A DNA stretch of 63,986 nucleotides, filler included, from Intoshia linei (Eukaryota; Animalia; Orthonectida), in NCBI GenBank assembly GCA_001642005.1. It is 4 parts of 4 records of this genome, joined end to end, with 100 filler letters (N's around TTAATTAATTAA, not from the genome) between each part and the next. Parts side by side here need not be neighbours in the genome. Positions count along the whole stretch, not along the records: positions 1 to 27,244 come from LWCA01000442.1; positions 27,345 to 32,150 come from LWCA01001875.1; positions 32,251 to 62,517 come from LWCA01000365.1; 1 more part is not named here. One strand, given 5' to 3'. Both the position numbers and the translations under genes were made by a program. Position 1 is the first letter of the stretch. Every line of letters begins with the position of its first letter. This document shows, one piece after another, positions 27,103 through 41,896 of the stretch. The notes under the pieces are model-generated. The model did not search any database. It was given only the letters and a program-made list of their open reading frames with translations, and had not been told where the DNA came from.

Positions 27103-27244
27103 GTATGAATGATACAAATATTATTATTGATTGTTATTTTTGTAATGTTTAGATCAGGGATTCTCAACGTGGGCCATGTGGTCCACTTGTGGCCACAGAA
27201 AATTTTCAACATTAAAAAAAATTTGGTGTATTAAGCCATAAAAT

Positions 27245-27344
27245 NNNNNNNNNNNNNNNNNNNNNNNNNNNNNNNNNNNNNNNNNNNNTTAATTAATTAA
27301 NNNNNNNNNNNNNNNNNNNNNNNNNNNNNNNNNNNNNNNNNNNN
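27245..27344. other. Artificial scaffold spacer
   Basis: N44-TTAATTAATTAA-N44; stops in all six frames; identical at all three gaps. Confidence 0.98.
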
Positions 27345-28550
27345 AAATAGAAAATCTTTGCAAAAAACACCAAACTCAAAAATCACATTAATTCATTTTG
27401 TATAAACAAATTTGTATAAAACAAATCATATATGCATAGAAAAATCTGTTAGGACACTACTATGGAAATATTTGTATCAAATTATGGTGGGGCGTAGAAA
27501 TTTCTTAAGGATAAAAGTGGGGCATGACACTTAAAATGTTGGGAAACACTGGTCTAGAGTTTAGACTATTTTTTTCTTATGGGTTGGTAAAATTTTGGTT
27601 TTTTCACATATTTGACTAAATTGAATAAAATATGTTAAAAATTTATCATTCACCCTTATTGACCCACAATCAACTAAAATTTTATTATTCACCCCCTCAT
27701 AAAACTATTCACCCCTTGGGGTGCAAAGTCACCCCATGAGAAGCACTGGTCTAGACTCTAGACTAGTCTAAATGTAGTCATAAATAAAAATCTTCATAGT
27801 TAAAAAATTATTCGAGAATTTAGAGCCCTGGATACATTTTCTCTATATTCTTGTCAACATGGACTCAAGTTTTTATTGTACTGTACAATGAATATATGTT
27901 TAACCATTTAGGTTTAACTTTTACTTAAATCCATAAGAGTGTATATGGAAAATGCAATCTCAGCATAACTTGGTTTGGTGAATAAGTAGTACAAAACAGA
28001 AAAGTTACAGTTGTAGAATTGTATAAATGCTAAAAATTGTTATTAATTAAAAAATAATAATATTTTGACAATCATTTCATAATTCCATTAACCATGAATA
28101 TATAGTGTTATTTAATTAATTATTAAGTGTTTTTAATTTTGCATGATTTTTTTGTGTTAATAATAAATAACTTTAAAATTGAAATTTGGATAATATACAG
28201 TATTTTATGTACAGTGGTTTTGTTAAAAACAATGTGAGACTGAAAAACTTTAAATAAAACCAAAGTTAGATAAATTAACATTAATTAATACAATAAATAA
28301 GGGTTCCCAAATTTAATAATAATAGTGTATGTGGACCACATAATGTGGTTGCTTGTACTAATATTATGAATATAATATTATTTTACAAGCAGGTAAGATG
28401 TAACAAAGTGATCAGTATAATTATTAAATTATGTCTCATCCCAATAGGGACTTTAAGGTAAGGAAACGCTTTTATCGTGATACCTTTTTCCTACTAGAAA
28501 ATGGGCCGGTATTTAACATAAAATTAAAAAAATTTAGAATAGAAAATTAC

Positions 28551-28890
28551 GTATCTACTCCATGCATTAGTAGTGAGAACTTGGTTTTTTTCATCTAAAT
28601 CTAGAATTTGGATTAATGCTAATCCGTATTTAACATTGACAGTATCGGTAGTGTCATGTACAGGTCTTCCGATGACTCCAATTTTTTCGTAATGTTCAAG
28701 TAAATATTTAATGAGTTGTTTTTCATCGGAAAGTGAGACAACATCTAAATTTAATAAATGCATACATATCTTACTACTTTTTTAAAATGAAATATAAATA
28801 CAAAAACAATAAAAAATTACCATCATTACTGCATATTGGATGGAAAAAGGCCAATAATACAAACATTGACAATATGTTGGTTAAAAACAT
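28551..28890 (-). CDS. Nicotinic acetylcholine receptor subunit, first two coding exons
   Basis: Exon 28890-28821 encodes signal peptide MFLTNILSMFVLLAFFHPICSND. After a 76-nt intron, exon 28744-28551 encodes DEKQLIKYLL...GRPV...GLALIQILDLDEKNQVLTTNAWSRY|gtaatt. Later exons not found. A strong minus-strand donor near 29440 may end a 5'UTR exon. Confidence 0.9.
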
Positions 28891-31690
28891 GTAAAAGTAT
28901 GTTTAAATGAAATGGTCAAAAAATCAATAATACAATACTAAAATGAATGGAAACAACAAGTTTATGCATGATACACTTATAATTTGAAAAAATATAAAAT
29001 TTAATGATTATTTGCATATATAGACTCGGACATTTATATGCAAAGAGGCTTTAACATCGTTAATCAAAAAATGTAGGAATCAGTACACACAAGTTTAGTA
29101 AAGATTACTAAAATTAATCCATTTCATGTCTGCAAGTTTATGATTCTTATTCTGGTTGTAAAATTGAAGCATTGTATACGCTAATTATAATAGACAACTC
29201 TTCAATTTACCAATTATTACCAATATTTACATAACACAAATTAAACAATCCCCAATGTACATTTTATAGGGAAATGTTAATTATTGATATTTAAATTGAC
29301 AAATCGATAAATCGTATTAATTCATATTTGCAAATTTTTGCCTGTGTAAATTAGAGTCCAAAGAAATACTCACATGTCACTTGACATAAATCATGTTTAA
29401 TAGTATATCATATCACATGTATCAATTTAGTATACTTACCTTTTTGTCATTATTAAAAATTTAATCAATATATTTATAAATGATTAAATTTTTAAATACA
29501 CATCATCCTGTTTTATTTCATAAAATTGTCAAGTTAAATAATAATATTAAATTTTGTCCTCATTTCTAACAGACATAAATCAAAACATTTTATTTTGTCT
29601 ATAAATCATTTTTCGATAATTTTTGTATATGCTAGTTTCTTTAATTTATCACAAATTAAATTGCATCACTTAATCCAATATCTACACTATATTTTTAATA
29701 ATTTTAAAATTATGTTTTATATTTGGTTAATTAATTTAATTTAGTTTTAAAAAAATACTTATAAAATTTTTAAATTTGTATCAGAATTATCATTTAAAGT
29801 TATCTTGTTAATGCTGAAAATAATAGTTTTTTATTACAGAGTATATTTTTTCAAACAAATTAATTGTGAATAAGTACAGGCAGACTACAAACTAGTAAAC
29901 TTTAAATGACAGATTTTTTATTATTATATTTTTTTTATATGGACAGTTTAAAGTACTTAAAGAACTAGTTTAAAACCCGCGGATAAGTGGCTAAGGGTAT
30001 ATTGCATTTGCATCGTTTGATAGAATTTTTTAGGTCATTTTTATTTTCGAGGTCTCTCAGTATGGTAGGTTCGGCTCTGTATCACAGATGTACGTACTTT
30101 GTAAATCAATTAAAATATATAATTGAATCAAAATCAACAATAAACTCTTATTTTATCCTCAATTACATTTTCATCAATTTCAAAATTATCAAATTCAAGA
30201 CGACGCATAATGCAATATAATTTATGGTACTTTTAATTATTATTATTATTATCAACTACTTATCTATGATGACCAATAAAAATTTTCGACTTCAAATTTA
30301 TTCCAAATAAATTAAAAGTGATAGTATGTATTTTTCTGGCCACTTTAACTAATAGCATGGCTATGTAGACAGAGCCATCTTATGCCACTTCGGGCCCTGG
30401 GCTAAGCAAAAGGCCTTTAAAATTTCGAGTGAAGCGATAAAAAAATTTAGGTCCCCTGTTTAGAAGACAGGCTATACTGTTGGTTGGAGACTTAGAGTTT
30501 TATTTCATTGAGTATTAATAAAAGCATTAAAAGATATTATGTAGGCTTCTAGTAACTTTTATTTATTTTACAATTTTACAAAAATCTAATTAATGAACAA
30601 AGTTTACTTTTTCATTTGAAAATATGCACCATGCAGTTACAAAAAATTCTTGATAATTCTTCACAAATGTTGTTTTCTCAAGTTTTTCTATGGTTTAGTA
30701 TTTGTAAAACATTTTTGTATGTGATCTTTAAAATGGCAAGCGCTCCGCAAAAAATTATCCAAAATCATTTGTTTTTCAGTGTAGCCATAAAACTGTCATA
30801 CGCGACTTTATCCGTACCAGCACCATAAAATTCCCAAAAAAACTACTAAAATTCACACCATTAACATATATGTTTTGATGTCACATTGTTTTCAAAATTT
30901 GAGAATTTTAAGAACGATTAGTTCACAATCTGTTTAACTATGTAATATTAATAATAGTTCCAAATAAAAATATTTAAAATTAAAATTGTGTAGTTGTAAA
31001 AGGTTTGTTTAAATTTTACAACTATTCATTTTTTAAATAAACGGTAACACACACGCACGTACACAGACATTCAATTTTATATAAGTAAAGGATAAAAGAA
31101 AAATCATTTCAACCAATATATAAATTAATTATAATTACTAATTGACACTAAACTATTTATAAAACATGTATAAATAATAATATGACAATAAAACTTATCA
31201 AAATATCGAAATATCATGCATGTACAAATAACTATAGTCATTATGTTATTGTTTTTAAATTATTAGACCGTCAATATGTCAATTTGTAATATGAAGGGTA
31301 TAGTTGAATCACTCTTTTAGTAATGTTACGAGCATATTAAAATATTTTTTTGCAATTTCATTAACATGAATATTGATTAATATAATACATTTGATATTGG
31401 CACTAATATAGGTTTTATACAAACCCTCAAAATCGAGTAATAGCTATCACAGAATACTTGTTTATGAATATAAAATATACACTTCACTTTATTTTCATAT
31501 TAACATAATATAAAGATAATATAAATAATTATTATTAATAATTTTTTAGAATCATTAATCTTAACGCGGCCTGGCGTGTTGTAGTATAGATCCGTAACAC
31601 ATCACGATAGATAACATTGGTTAAAATATCAAAATGTTAAGTTAATTTTATTTTAATTTTGGAGATATTCCTCCGATAAAATTTAAAGTA

Positions 31691-31770
31691 GTTATGTTTC
31701 GTTAGTAGATAATAAAAATAAACTAGTCTTTATCTACTATTTTATTTTTTATCTACTAACGAAACATAAT
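31691..31770. repeat. 80-nt hairpin with perfect 21-bp stem
   Basis: TTATGTTTCGTTAGTAGATAA (31692-31712) pairs with TTATCTACTAACGAAACATAA (31749-31769). Confidence 0.85.
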
Positions 31771-32150
31771 ATCTGCATAGTGATTGTCGTTTTAATATTT
31801 TATAATAGAATCATTTTGCTTTGATTATTTCAATATTAAAATATTATATTTAAAAAGTAAATCATATTTTTAAAAAAAACGAATTTTATATATATTTTTA
31901 AGATAGATTGTAGTCTCATGAATATTATTTTCAGAAATTGATTGATTAATTGAGAGCTAGGTGCTGTTTGTACGAACTACATGAGTTTTTCTATTTGATA
32001 AATCATTGAAATATTTTATAAAAAAACATGTAAAGCGAAATTTTTAATACCAATAAAAAAGAAATGAGATGGTTTTAAGAATTTGAACATTAATTCTAAC
32101 GAAAATAATAAAAAAAGTGAAAGATTTATGAAATCGAAATTAAAACTACT

Positions 32151-32250
32151 NNNNNNNNNNNNNNNNNNNNNNNNNNNNNNNNNNNNNNNNNNNNTTAATT
32201 AATTAANNNNNNNNNNNNNNNNNNNNNNNNNNNNNNNNNNNNNNNNNNNN
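32151..32250. other. Artificial scaffold spacer
   Basis: N44-TTAATTAATTAA-N44. Confidence 0.98.
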
Positions 32251-33825
32251 TGAAATTTGAAACAAAACAAACTTTCATCAATGGAGATTAGTTACACAAA
32301 CAATCAAGGCTAAAATTAATATTATTGAACATTTATTGAAATTTTTAGAGAAAAATATACATTTTTGACCTTTACTTAAAAACGCTACTAAGAATTTTTT
32401 TAATTTTTTTTTAAAATACTCCTGAAAGTGTACCAAATCAGAAAATGTTGAAATTTTGGATGAGTAATGTTTTTGAACTAAATGTTAGTTCAGACAGGCT
32501 GTGGCCTTTGATGAATTTTTAAATTTTTTTTCATTAATTTAACTGTTTTTAATAATATAAAATATAATAATTTTTCTTGTCATATTTTAAATTTATTATT
32601 ATTATTATTCCTTGGTTCTTCATTCTTAAAAAAATTTTTAAAACTCTTAAAGTGAAAGTAAAAGTAAAATGAAACCGTTAATTTCTAAACGAATATACAT
32701 TCACGAAACATATACAAACTAATTAGTGTATGTCTATATTTTATTGACATTTTGTCTTATTTTTTACATTCAAATTCTCGGTAAAAATTTATTTGATTTT
32801 CTAATTCAGGTCCAGACTGGTTTTATCGCCAAACTGAAAAAATAATGTAGTTATCTAATAAACTAAACGACAATCATGGACTCGAATATAATGGATTTTA
32901 TTTGGTGACTGTTTTTTAATATAGGTCATTGTATATATCAACATCAAAATTAATTATGACCCATCTCACCCTATCTATCACATAAGGAAAAATATATTAC
33001 TAAAACTACTAAACTAAATCCTTAGAAAAAATTCTATTAATGAAATAATATAATCAAGCCGACTTTCACTAGCTCGTAAAGAAATTATATAATTTAATCT
33101 CATTCATTCTCAATAAAAAATAATTCAGATATAATTAATATATTCCGGTAATTATGTTTGAAAATGAGTTAGTTTTAAAAGGCAAGAATTTTTAATTTTT
33201 TATTTTCTGTAAACCAGTTGAATAGACTAATTTCTTAAAAATATTTTGAAATATAAATTTTCTCAAATGTTAATAATGCAATATCAAATCATTTCACAAA
33301 TAACATTAACTACCCATGTTATGTTTCATGTTTTATCCATCAAAATGCATTATCAATGCTTGAATTAATATTAGTGTTTATTGACCACAAGTTAATAACT
33401 AAATATCAGACAAGGTTAACATTTTATTGATATAAATTTTTAAATTTTCGACATCAGATTTGAATGTACATTATACAAATTTCATATATGTATTCTCTGT
33501 ACAATTCGTCAGTTGCGTTATAGTTTATCATTAATTTTTTGACATTTTGTGTATACTAAATTATATTACTATAGTATATTAATTAATATTATTGTATATG
33601 GTTAATAACTCTACTGGCCAAAATCAAATTATAGTGAAAAATTGATGAATAGAGAAATTTAACTAACATTTATAATGAATTAGGATTCATGAGAGGTCAG
33701 TAGCGATTTTCTTACATTGGATGACCCTTTTATTCGATTATATTACATGTATAATTTACATAAAATACTAATATATTTATTAAAAATAAAATAAAACGTA
33801 ATAAACCTTTTTCTATTATATTTAA

Positions 33826-34600
33826 CCCTTTCAAAGCCGACTTAATTATATACGACTTAAAAAATATATTAAGCTTATAAAATGCTATAAGTTTCCAAAC
33901 TAAAGATTTTATGTAAAAAATTTACAAAATAAATAAATGGCTTTTTCCAGAATGTATCATATACGATGCATTGACTTTGAGTGACATAAAAATAAAATAA
34001 ACAGTTATATTTTGAATTTGTTATTATTTAATTAATAATACAGTGTCAATGTAGTACCAATGTCAGTTATGATTAATTCAATAATCGAACTTGTACGCAG
34101 GCTCGGTTATGCAGATTTTTTTTACATTTTTTATATTTTTGAAGTTGTGATTATACAAAGCAATAATGTTAAATCATAAATTTATTATTAAAGTTCAATG
34201 TTAATTATGATAAGATAAGAAACAATGACGTTCCGAACGACAACAGAGGTTAAACTTACATTTTATACATTTAAATTGACATAAAATCCAACACATTTTG
34301 CACCTTTTCCTGCTAGTTACCATATTTGGTAAATGACCAAATTTATCAATTCAACTCGGAGTAAGTTCAATAAAAATATTAAATATTATATGGAATCTAC
34401 ATTTTGATAAAATTTTACAATATTCTCAGTTTACCCCAAATTTAGAAATCTTTCACTCATCCAAAATGTTTTATCTAGTCTTCAAAATCATCAAAAAATT
34501 GTTTAAATTGGCTTGAAGACAAAATTAATGATGAATTGATGAATCAAATTGTCAAAATCATTCATAGTGTCATCATTCCATATTCTTAATTTAAATTTAA
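33826..34600 (-). mobile_element. piggyBac remnant
   Basis: TTAA|CCCTTT terminus at 33822-33831. Minus-strand RKRCKMC...CKFNLCCRSERHCFLSYHN* matches the piggyBac C-terminal Cys-rich domain. Right boundary approximate. Confidence 0.7.
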
Positions 34601-37600
34601 AATAATGTTTAAGACATCTACATGTATGTCCCTTAAGAATATTTTTCTTGTAAAAAGTTTCAATTTATCTTTGTAAAATTTTAAAATTAACATATTTTCA
34701 GTTGTGTATTCCATTGAACCCTAATATAGGTATTATTTTTTTTTTAACAGTAACGGGTAAGTTCACATTATATTTTTTGCCGAGTATTAAAATGTAAGTT
34801 TTAATAGACTTTAAAAATATTTTCTGCAAACTCTAGCATAATCAAAGATTATTAATCATCCCAAAATTTATGATTTAGGGACTAAATCATAAAGTATCCT
34901 TTAAGTCTTAATGTTTGAGCAATGGATTAAAGACTGCATGTTGGATACAAATCCCAGTGTTGGATCACCACGGCCCTGTCTAGGTTCTTAGAACACATCA
35001 GTATATCCCTAACGAACCGCAGAAAATTTGAAGAGGACACAACATAAAAAAAAATTTGGAAAATAACAGTTTCAAATTTATAAAAAAATGCAAATGGTTA
35101 TGAAACTGTTTGTATCTATTGACACATCATTTATATAAATGTTTTAATCTAAAAAAATAAAATTTGTTTAAAAAACTTAAAAATTGTTTAATTATGTATA
35201 TACCCTACCCCCTTAATTCATCCACCTCGTCTCCCTAGATTCATAATTTTGCAATATAAATTTAATACAATGTTACAAAACTTTAATTCTTAATAACATG
35301 AAAAAAATGATAAATCAAGTTAATTATAGAAATTAGTTTAAAATAACAAAGTCATACAATACACGACATGTGTAGTTTAAGTTGATTGACATGTGTGTAT
35401 TAAAGTGCAATACCAGGAACACTGAATTATCAATTTACTAATTTAATGTGGAATAATTGATAATTAAATATCAATAAAATGGACAATTTTGATGTATGTA
35501 GCTGTAGGCCATTAAAAATATATAATTTTGAACAGCACACATCAAAAATCACTTTACGCGGTATTAAATTACGATGCTAATTAGATTTTAAGGGTAAGGG
35601 TGTACAATGAAATATTTTTTCGTTTTATATTAAAGTGTACTCGATTACACCCTTGCATATCATATTTCATGTAATGTATGGTTAATTTGTCAAGTTTTTT
35701 TAAGCCACCGTATTTGAACTAATAAAATGGACCCCTACTGTTGTCTAATCATTTAAAAATATAAAATAACTGTAATAACGTTCATTAGATAATTGGGTCA
35801 TGTTTTAAAATTTAAATGTCATTAATTTAATTGGACATGTTATTATCGGTTACTTGCATGTAATATTTTTATCACGATATATACTAATGAGAATACTATA
35901 ATTAGTTAATTAAAATGTTTGTTGTGCGGTTCACCAACTTTTAAATTTTGTCTAGCGTAATGCCTGCTGTTTTATACATATTTTGCCCAAAGTGTTAATT
36001 GTGATTAGTGAATCATGAGAGCGATTTTCATTCAAATGTTATTTTATAATTTTTTAACAGTTTAGTACACTTGCAACATTTATTTTTTACAAATGAATGG
36101 CCATATAACCACATTTTTCATAAACTATCACTAAAAATGTTTGACGCATTTAAATTTTAAATGGGCATTGTGTAGTACATTGTATATACAATTATACAAT
36201 TACATTTATACAATTAATACATAGTATTTCGTTTATTTTTACATTTTAATATAAGCATATATATAATATTATATAATATACATATGTACCGTATATCATA
36301 CATGTATTAATTTTAAATTTAATTTATTTGTACAGTTAATGTGCGTGATATATACTTAAACATTTAGAGAGTAATTAGCAATAATTTTTTAACAAGACTC
36401 GGGGGATTTAAATGTCACTATAATTTTCCATTATTCTATTACTGCAACATTTTATTTGATTGATATCCAACTGATTTCTGCCTGCTTCGTCCTAATTTTA
36501 ATTCATCGACATCACGTGTCATATCAAAATAAACAATTGATATACATCATTTTCCCTTTTCCAATCATTTTAAAATCTTATTAAAATGAAAGGGGTTTAG
36601 CACAATTTATCTAAATGTAGATCTGGTACCATCACACTATATGCAGTTAAAATTTAAAAATATTAACAGTAAATTTTTTAATTTTTATTATTCAACTATA
36701 TATGTATTTTATTATGATATTTTTGATATTTACAATTTATGAAACAGACAATACAAAATAATTTTAATTTTATGTTAAATTATGTAAAATATTGACTATT
36801 CTTCAATACAATTAATAGGTACAAGATTATGTGACTGGGATTAAATACTAATTATTTTTTCTAGTCAGTTGCACTAAATAAATAAAAAGAATTAATAGAG
36901 ATTAATGTGTATGACGAAAAATAGAGTTAAAATTTTATATTAATTGATTGTACAATGTAACCGTTTAAATTTAACCGAATCTATAGTGTATTTGTAGGAT
37001 TCAATTAAAAATTAAATACCCAAATATTCTTAAAAAGTATCATTTCATTTCACATAAAAAAACTTTAATGAAACGAATAAATTTGGGAAATAATCGCTAG
37101 TAGGTTTCATTTTTAATTGCTAATTTTTATAGATTTTGATAAACATGGTAGTAATAATATGTATATTAATTTCAAAGTACATAATATATAAATATAAATT
37201 TAAAATAATTGTCATATTGTATATTTTTAAAATATTACTAATGCTGCACAGCCTGTCTGAATAAATTTTAAATGAAAAAAATTGAAAAAATTCTTAGTTG
37301 GCTTTTTTTTAAATGCAAGAAATGTAAATTTTATGTAAAATTGATAATTTCAATGCAAAAAATTATTTAAATTTTCATTTTTTTAACATTTTATACTGAA
37401 TATAATTTTTATTTACTGTTAAATTTTAAATTTAAAGCTTTTTGATAGAAACTTCATTAAAATTTAAGTTTTAAAATTCGAAATTCAAAAAACTATTTAT
37501 CCCAGTCTTTATTTATTTTTCAAATTATTATATCTTGGTCTCCCCTCTCGTATTGCTGGCACAAAAATTAGTAAAATGTATGTGTATATTTATATTTAGT

Positions 37601-40087
37601 ATACCTTAGTCCCCCTTTTCCTTAATTTAAAACTTTATGTTAACTTTTACTAATAACTGAATATCAATGTACATAATAAATACCTAATAATTTATGAATG
37701 GCATACATTACTTTTAATATAATACACATATAGTGCAATGCGACTCTATAATATATTATTATTAATATCTAAATTAAGTTGAAACAGAAATGATAATTTC
37801 TAATAAACTCAATAAGTGACAAATATATTTAGAAGCTATTTACTCATTTGTAAAAAAATGTTAATTTATGAATGAATAATATACATGTAAATGTAAATCA
37901 AGTAGGTTAAGTGATAAAATTATAGTGTATGACATATTCAAAACAATATAATGAAGTAATGCTATATTATTATTGCATTAAATTGTTCACTATGATTCAA
38001 TTGAGTAGACAATTTACCACATTGACGGTTTATCTAATTTTATTAATACAATAATGAAAAATAAGTCTTGAGATAAAATAAAGATAACTTATTTTATTTC
38101 AAAGGAAAAAGATATTAATAGTTTAAAAAAAGTTATAATTTTTCAGTGTTAAACGTTTGCACTAAAATACAAATATGTAGACTTGATTTTAGCTTGAATG
38201 TATTAACAACCATAAAAAAAAATCAAATAAATTTTTGTAGTTTCTTATATATAAAATTATAGAATCAAGATAACATGACATAGTAAAGTAACATATGTAA
38301 TTCTAAATATGTCAATAGTTATAATTAATAATTATTAGTTTTTGATTGTACATGTTCCAAATTAATTATAATTGATCACTTATTTGTTAACTCAAGTTCC
38401 ACAAGTTCCACGGTTCTTGTACACACATTTTTTTATAATATACTTAAAGATTTAAACTAATCAGCATGATACCAATTCAGAAAAACTATTGAAAATATCT
38501 TAAAAATATTTCAAGAGTAGATTGAACAACCATCTATGTCAATTTATATCAAAATATTGTCAGGGGACAAATATACATTCAAAATAACCGTCATATTGGA
38601 TATTTAAATTATATAGTCGAAAATGTAATTTTTAAACAAATAATACAACGAATAATGACGATTGTAATTAATAAAACTTGTTTTTTTATCATATCTTTTA
38701 ATTTATGTTAGTTTTACTTTTTTGACATTAATTATAATTATTAAAAATGTACATTACATGTACTTTATAATATTTATTATTCTACTATTCTACTATTTAG
38801 TATTATTCTACAATTTGTCAATCTTCTACAATGTAGAGATAACATTGCCATAATTTTTTTTGAATTTTTTATATTTACAGGGGGGACCAAGGTATGATCA
38901 TTTTTCTAATTAAAAATAATATTATTATATTAGGTTGCGATATTACCAATCTCTTTATTTTGCCAAATTTTCTACAACGTCAATACCATGTGAAGTTTCA
39001 ACATTGGCCATTGGTCATTGAAATTAAATATATATCTGATAGTAAAAGGATCATAATTTGAGTTTTAAAGAACAAAAATTTATAAAATATACAACGCACG
39101 TGTTTATTATAGTGAATTTAGACAAGAAATTGACAATTAGTTAAATTCCTTTTAAAACATCAAATTATTAAATCCAATACAGCATATTCAATATTCTCCG
39201 GAAAAGATGACTGATTAATGCCAGTCAATGCTTAAATGATGAGATATAAAAAATACATGAATGCATTAATTAAGGAATTGACATAGTTTCTTTTTAGATA
39301 CATGTATAAAAATGAAAAAATTATTTCTTAAAAATAAGGCATTGCTTTTAATCATGTTTTTGCTTTAGTTTGGAATTTTTTTATGCATTTGTACAGCTCA
39401 TTGAGAAAACTTTGCGTAATTTTTATACATATCGTCGATTTTTCTATAAGAGGTTATTATATATAAAAATGAACGCTAATATTATCAAATCTTTTACTAT
39501 AAAATAAATGCACAGTGACTAAATCATAGCACGACTCAAAAAGATTTTAGTAGTCTTTTAGCTATTCACTTTAATTAAAAACACAATTATTAGACTCGAC
39601 ACATTCCAAAATTTTATTTTAACAAGGTTAACCAGTATCGATAAAATATTTTAGAATATTTTCTACCCAAAATTGCCAAATTTTCGAATTTTTGAAAAAA
39701 TCGATAAAAAATTAGATGGTGCAAAATTATTTATTATAATTAGAAAAAAAAAGTAAATAATACTTTTATAAGGAAATGCCAAAAAATTAAAAAAATTTGA
39801 GACATTTGAAAACTATAAATCTCTAAAAGTAGAAATTATAAAATTATACATACAATCATGCATACAATTTCAAAAAACACGTATAAAATATAAAATGGAC
39901 GGAAAAAAGTCTAATCTAATTTACAATTAGCTTTATAAAAAAGGTCACAATGCCAAATATATTGAGAATCACTGAACCATGTAGTACATAAACTACGCAT
40001 AATTTAATTTATACCATTTAATTTTCAAGATCTATATTTTTTAAGTCCAACTTTAAGTATTTCTTGAATCTGACGAATGTTTCTCAC

Positions 40088-40121
40088 CGGTGCGCTTGGG
40101 CGCACCGATTAATCCCACTAT
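40088..40121 (+). mobile_element. Helitron-like 3' terminal hairpin
   Basis: CGGTGCGC-TTGG-GCGCACCG perfect 8-bp stem, a 10-nt spacer, then CTAT (CTRR-like). Confidence 0.5.
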
Positions 40122-41430
40122 AATTTAATTGTAACATTTGGAAAATTGATACAAACAAAATACATTAAAAACCGTCATATTGATTTTCTTATTTGGGTCC
40201 TCTTTTAGTATATACGAACCAGAGCCATGGAAAGGCGCTACTAGCCAACATTGCCGTACATTGTACCATCAAGATATTCTACTGTTTGAATTTATTATTA
40301 GGCATTATTGGAAAACTTTTATTTTTTGGAAATTTTGCGATGATTACTGTAATTTCCAACTGTTATTTTTAATTTTTAGAATGTAAACGATGGATTAAAC
40401 CAGGATTTGCAATCAGTGATTTTAGCAGAACAGACACATTCAAAATTTACTACCCACTGTTAGTATTTAGTAAAATAATTGTGGATTAAAAAATAAAAAT
40501 ATAAAATTGGATAAAAATACATAAATATAAATATAAAAAAAATTCTATGGGTCGTAGGTTGCCCACTTTGGATTAAACTAGGTTTTTTAATTTGTCCCCA
40601 TTTATAAGAAAAAATTTATTTGGGCTTATAATTTGATCTCATCCGAGCCTACTACTGATTCTTCACGGTCCTGATATGATCTAAGAATTTTAAAATTTAA
40701 TTTTACTTAAATATGCTTTATTGTAATGAATAATGAATAAAATTAGCTATATAAATTAGAATAAGTGATTAATTTTTGTTAAATAATGATAAATGTGGTT
40801 TAAAGTTCTGAAAAACAATCCGAATCAAAGCCGAAACTACCAGGCTCGAGGCCACCGGTAAATTTCAGTAGACTACTGAAACATTTTTCGAAATTTTCAT
40901 ATTCTCATATACCCCAACTACCTCTCCAAGGCTCTTGACTTGACATTTTGAATTTAACACACAAAATAGTTATGATATTAAACCATATTATTTCTTAATA
41001 TGCTCAATGTTGAGAAATGAAACACCATTTTACAAAATTTTTGTCTAGACCCCTTTCAGTCACACAGAAGAGGGGTCTCGCGTACGGTCAGTTCGGTTTG
41101 ATCCAAAGTACGATTCGTCACGATTCAAAGTTTGTGGTCAAATAAAATGTAGTTTTAAGACTATTCTTCCATGATTTTATTAATGAAATTTTATAATATA
41201 CAAAGTTTGTGTCTTAGATCACGGTCAAGTAATTCTAGACTCTAGAGTACGATTGTTTAAAAATTTAAAAATCTTGTACCACAATAAAAACCTAATAAAT
41301 ATAAAAGTATGTATAATATTACCAATTTTATTATTATCTAATGCCGAGCTGAACCTACCGAACTCGATGCCCCTGGAAATAGATTGTGACTCTAAAAAAT
41401 TTTGGAAAACTAATTGTAGCGTAATGTATT

Positions 41431-41896
41431 TAAGACCGTGGAGATAGTGATAGGGCTACATAGTCTAGGCAGTGATGGAAAAACTTTTCAGTTGAAGTGA
41501 CAAAAAAAAATTTTACTGTTTTCTTTTCTAGATGCGTATCACTTTTAAATGATAAATAATTTTAGGTATGTATACTTTTCTATTATTATACACTTTTGAG
41601 TAAATTTTTCTACACCATATTAAAAATTTCAAATAAGCTTTTTATCAGCATGTTAAGCAGAATCTCTGTGTGTGTCATATTTTTGGTATCGCTGGTCTAG
41701 GCTTATAATCACGAGGGCCTACTATTTTAATATGCTTATTTTACGATGACAAATGTGATTTCTCACTGCTATTTATAGTTTTCAGACAATAAACAATAGA
41801 TTAAACAATTTATAAACATATCCACCATTTAAAAAATTTATATTGGTTCTACAATTTGTTTCTGACCGGTCCTACTGCTGGATCTCAACAGTCCTC
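41431..41896. mobile_element. hAT MITE carrying a nested second hAT MITE (41470-41694)
   Basis: Outer element belongs to the family at 44071-44322 and 60618-60861; the inner element is flanked by GTCTAGGC on both sides. Confidence 0.65.

Noticed and set aside
27289-27300. TTAATTAATTAA within N runs (also 32195-32206, 62562-62573) as a biological repeat
   Set aside because: Identical 44+12+44 layout at every gap; an artificial six-frame-stop spacer.
29432-29441. ATACTTACCT resembling the U1 snRNA 5' end
   Set aside because: No U1 body follows; better read as a minus-strand donor AG|GTAAGTAT.
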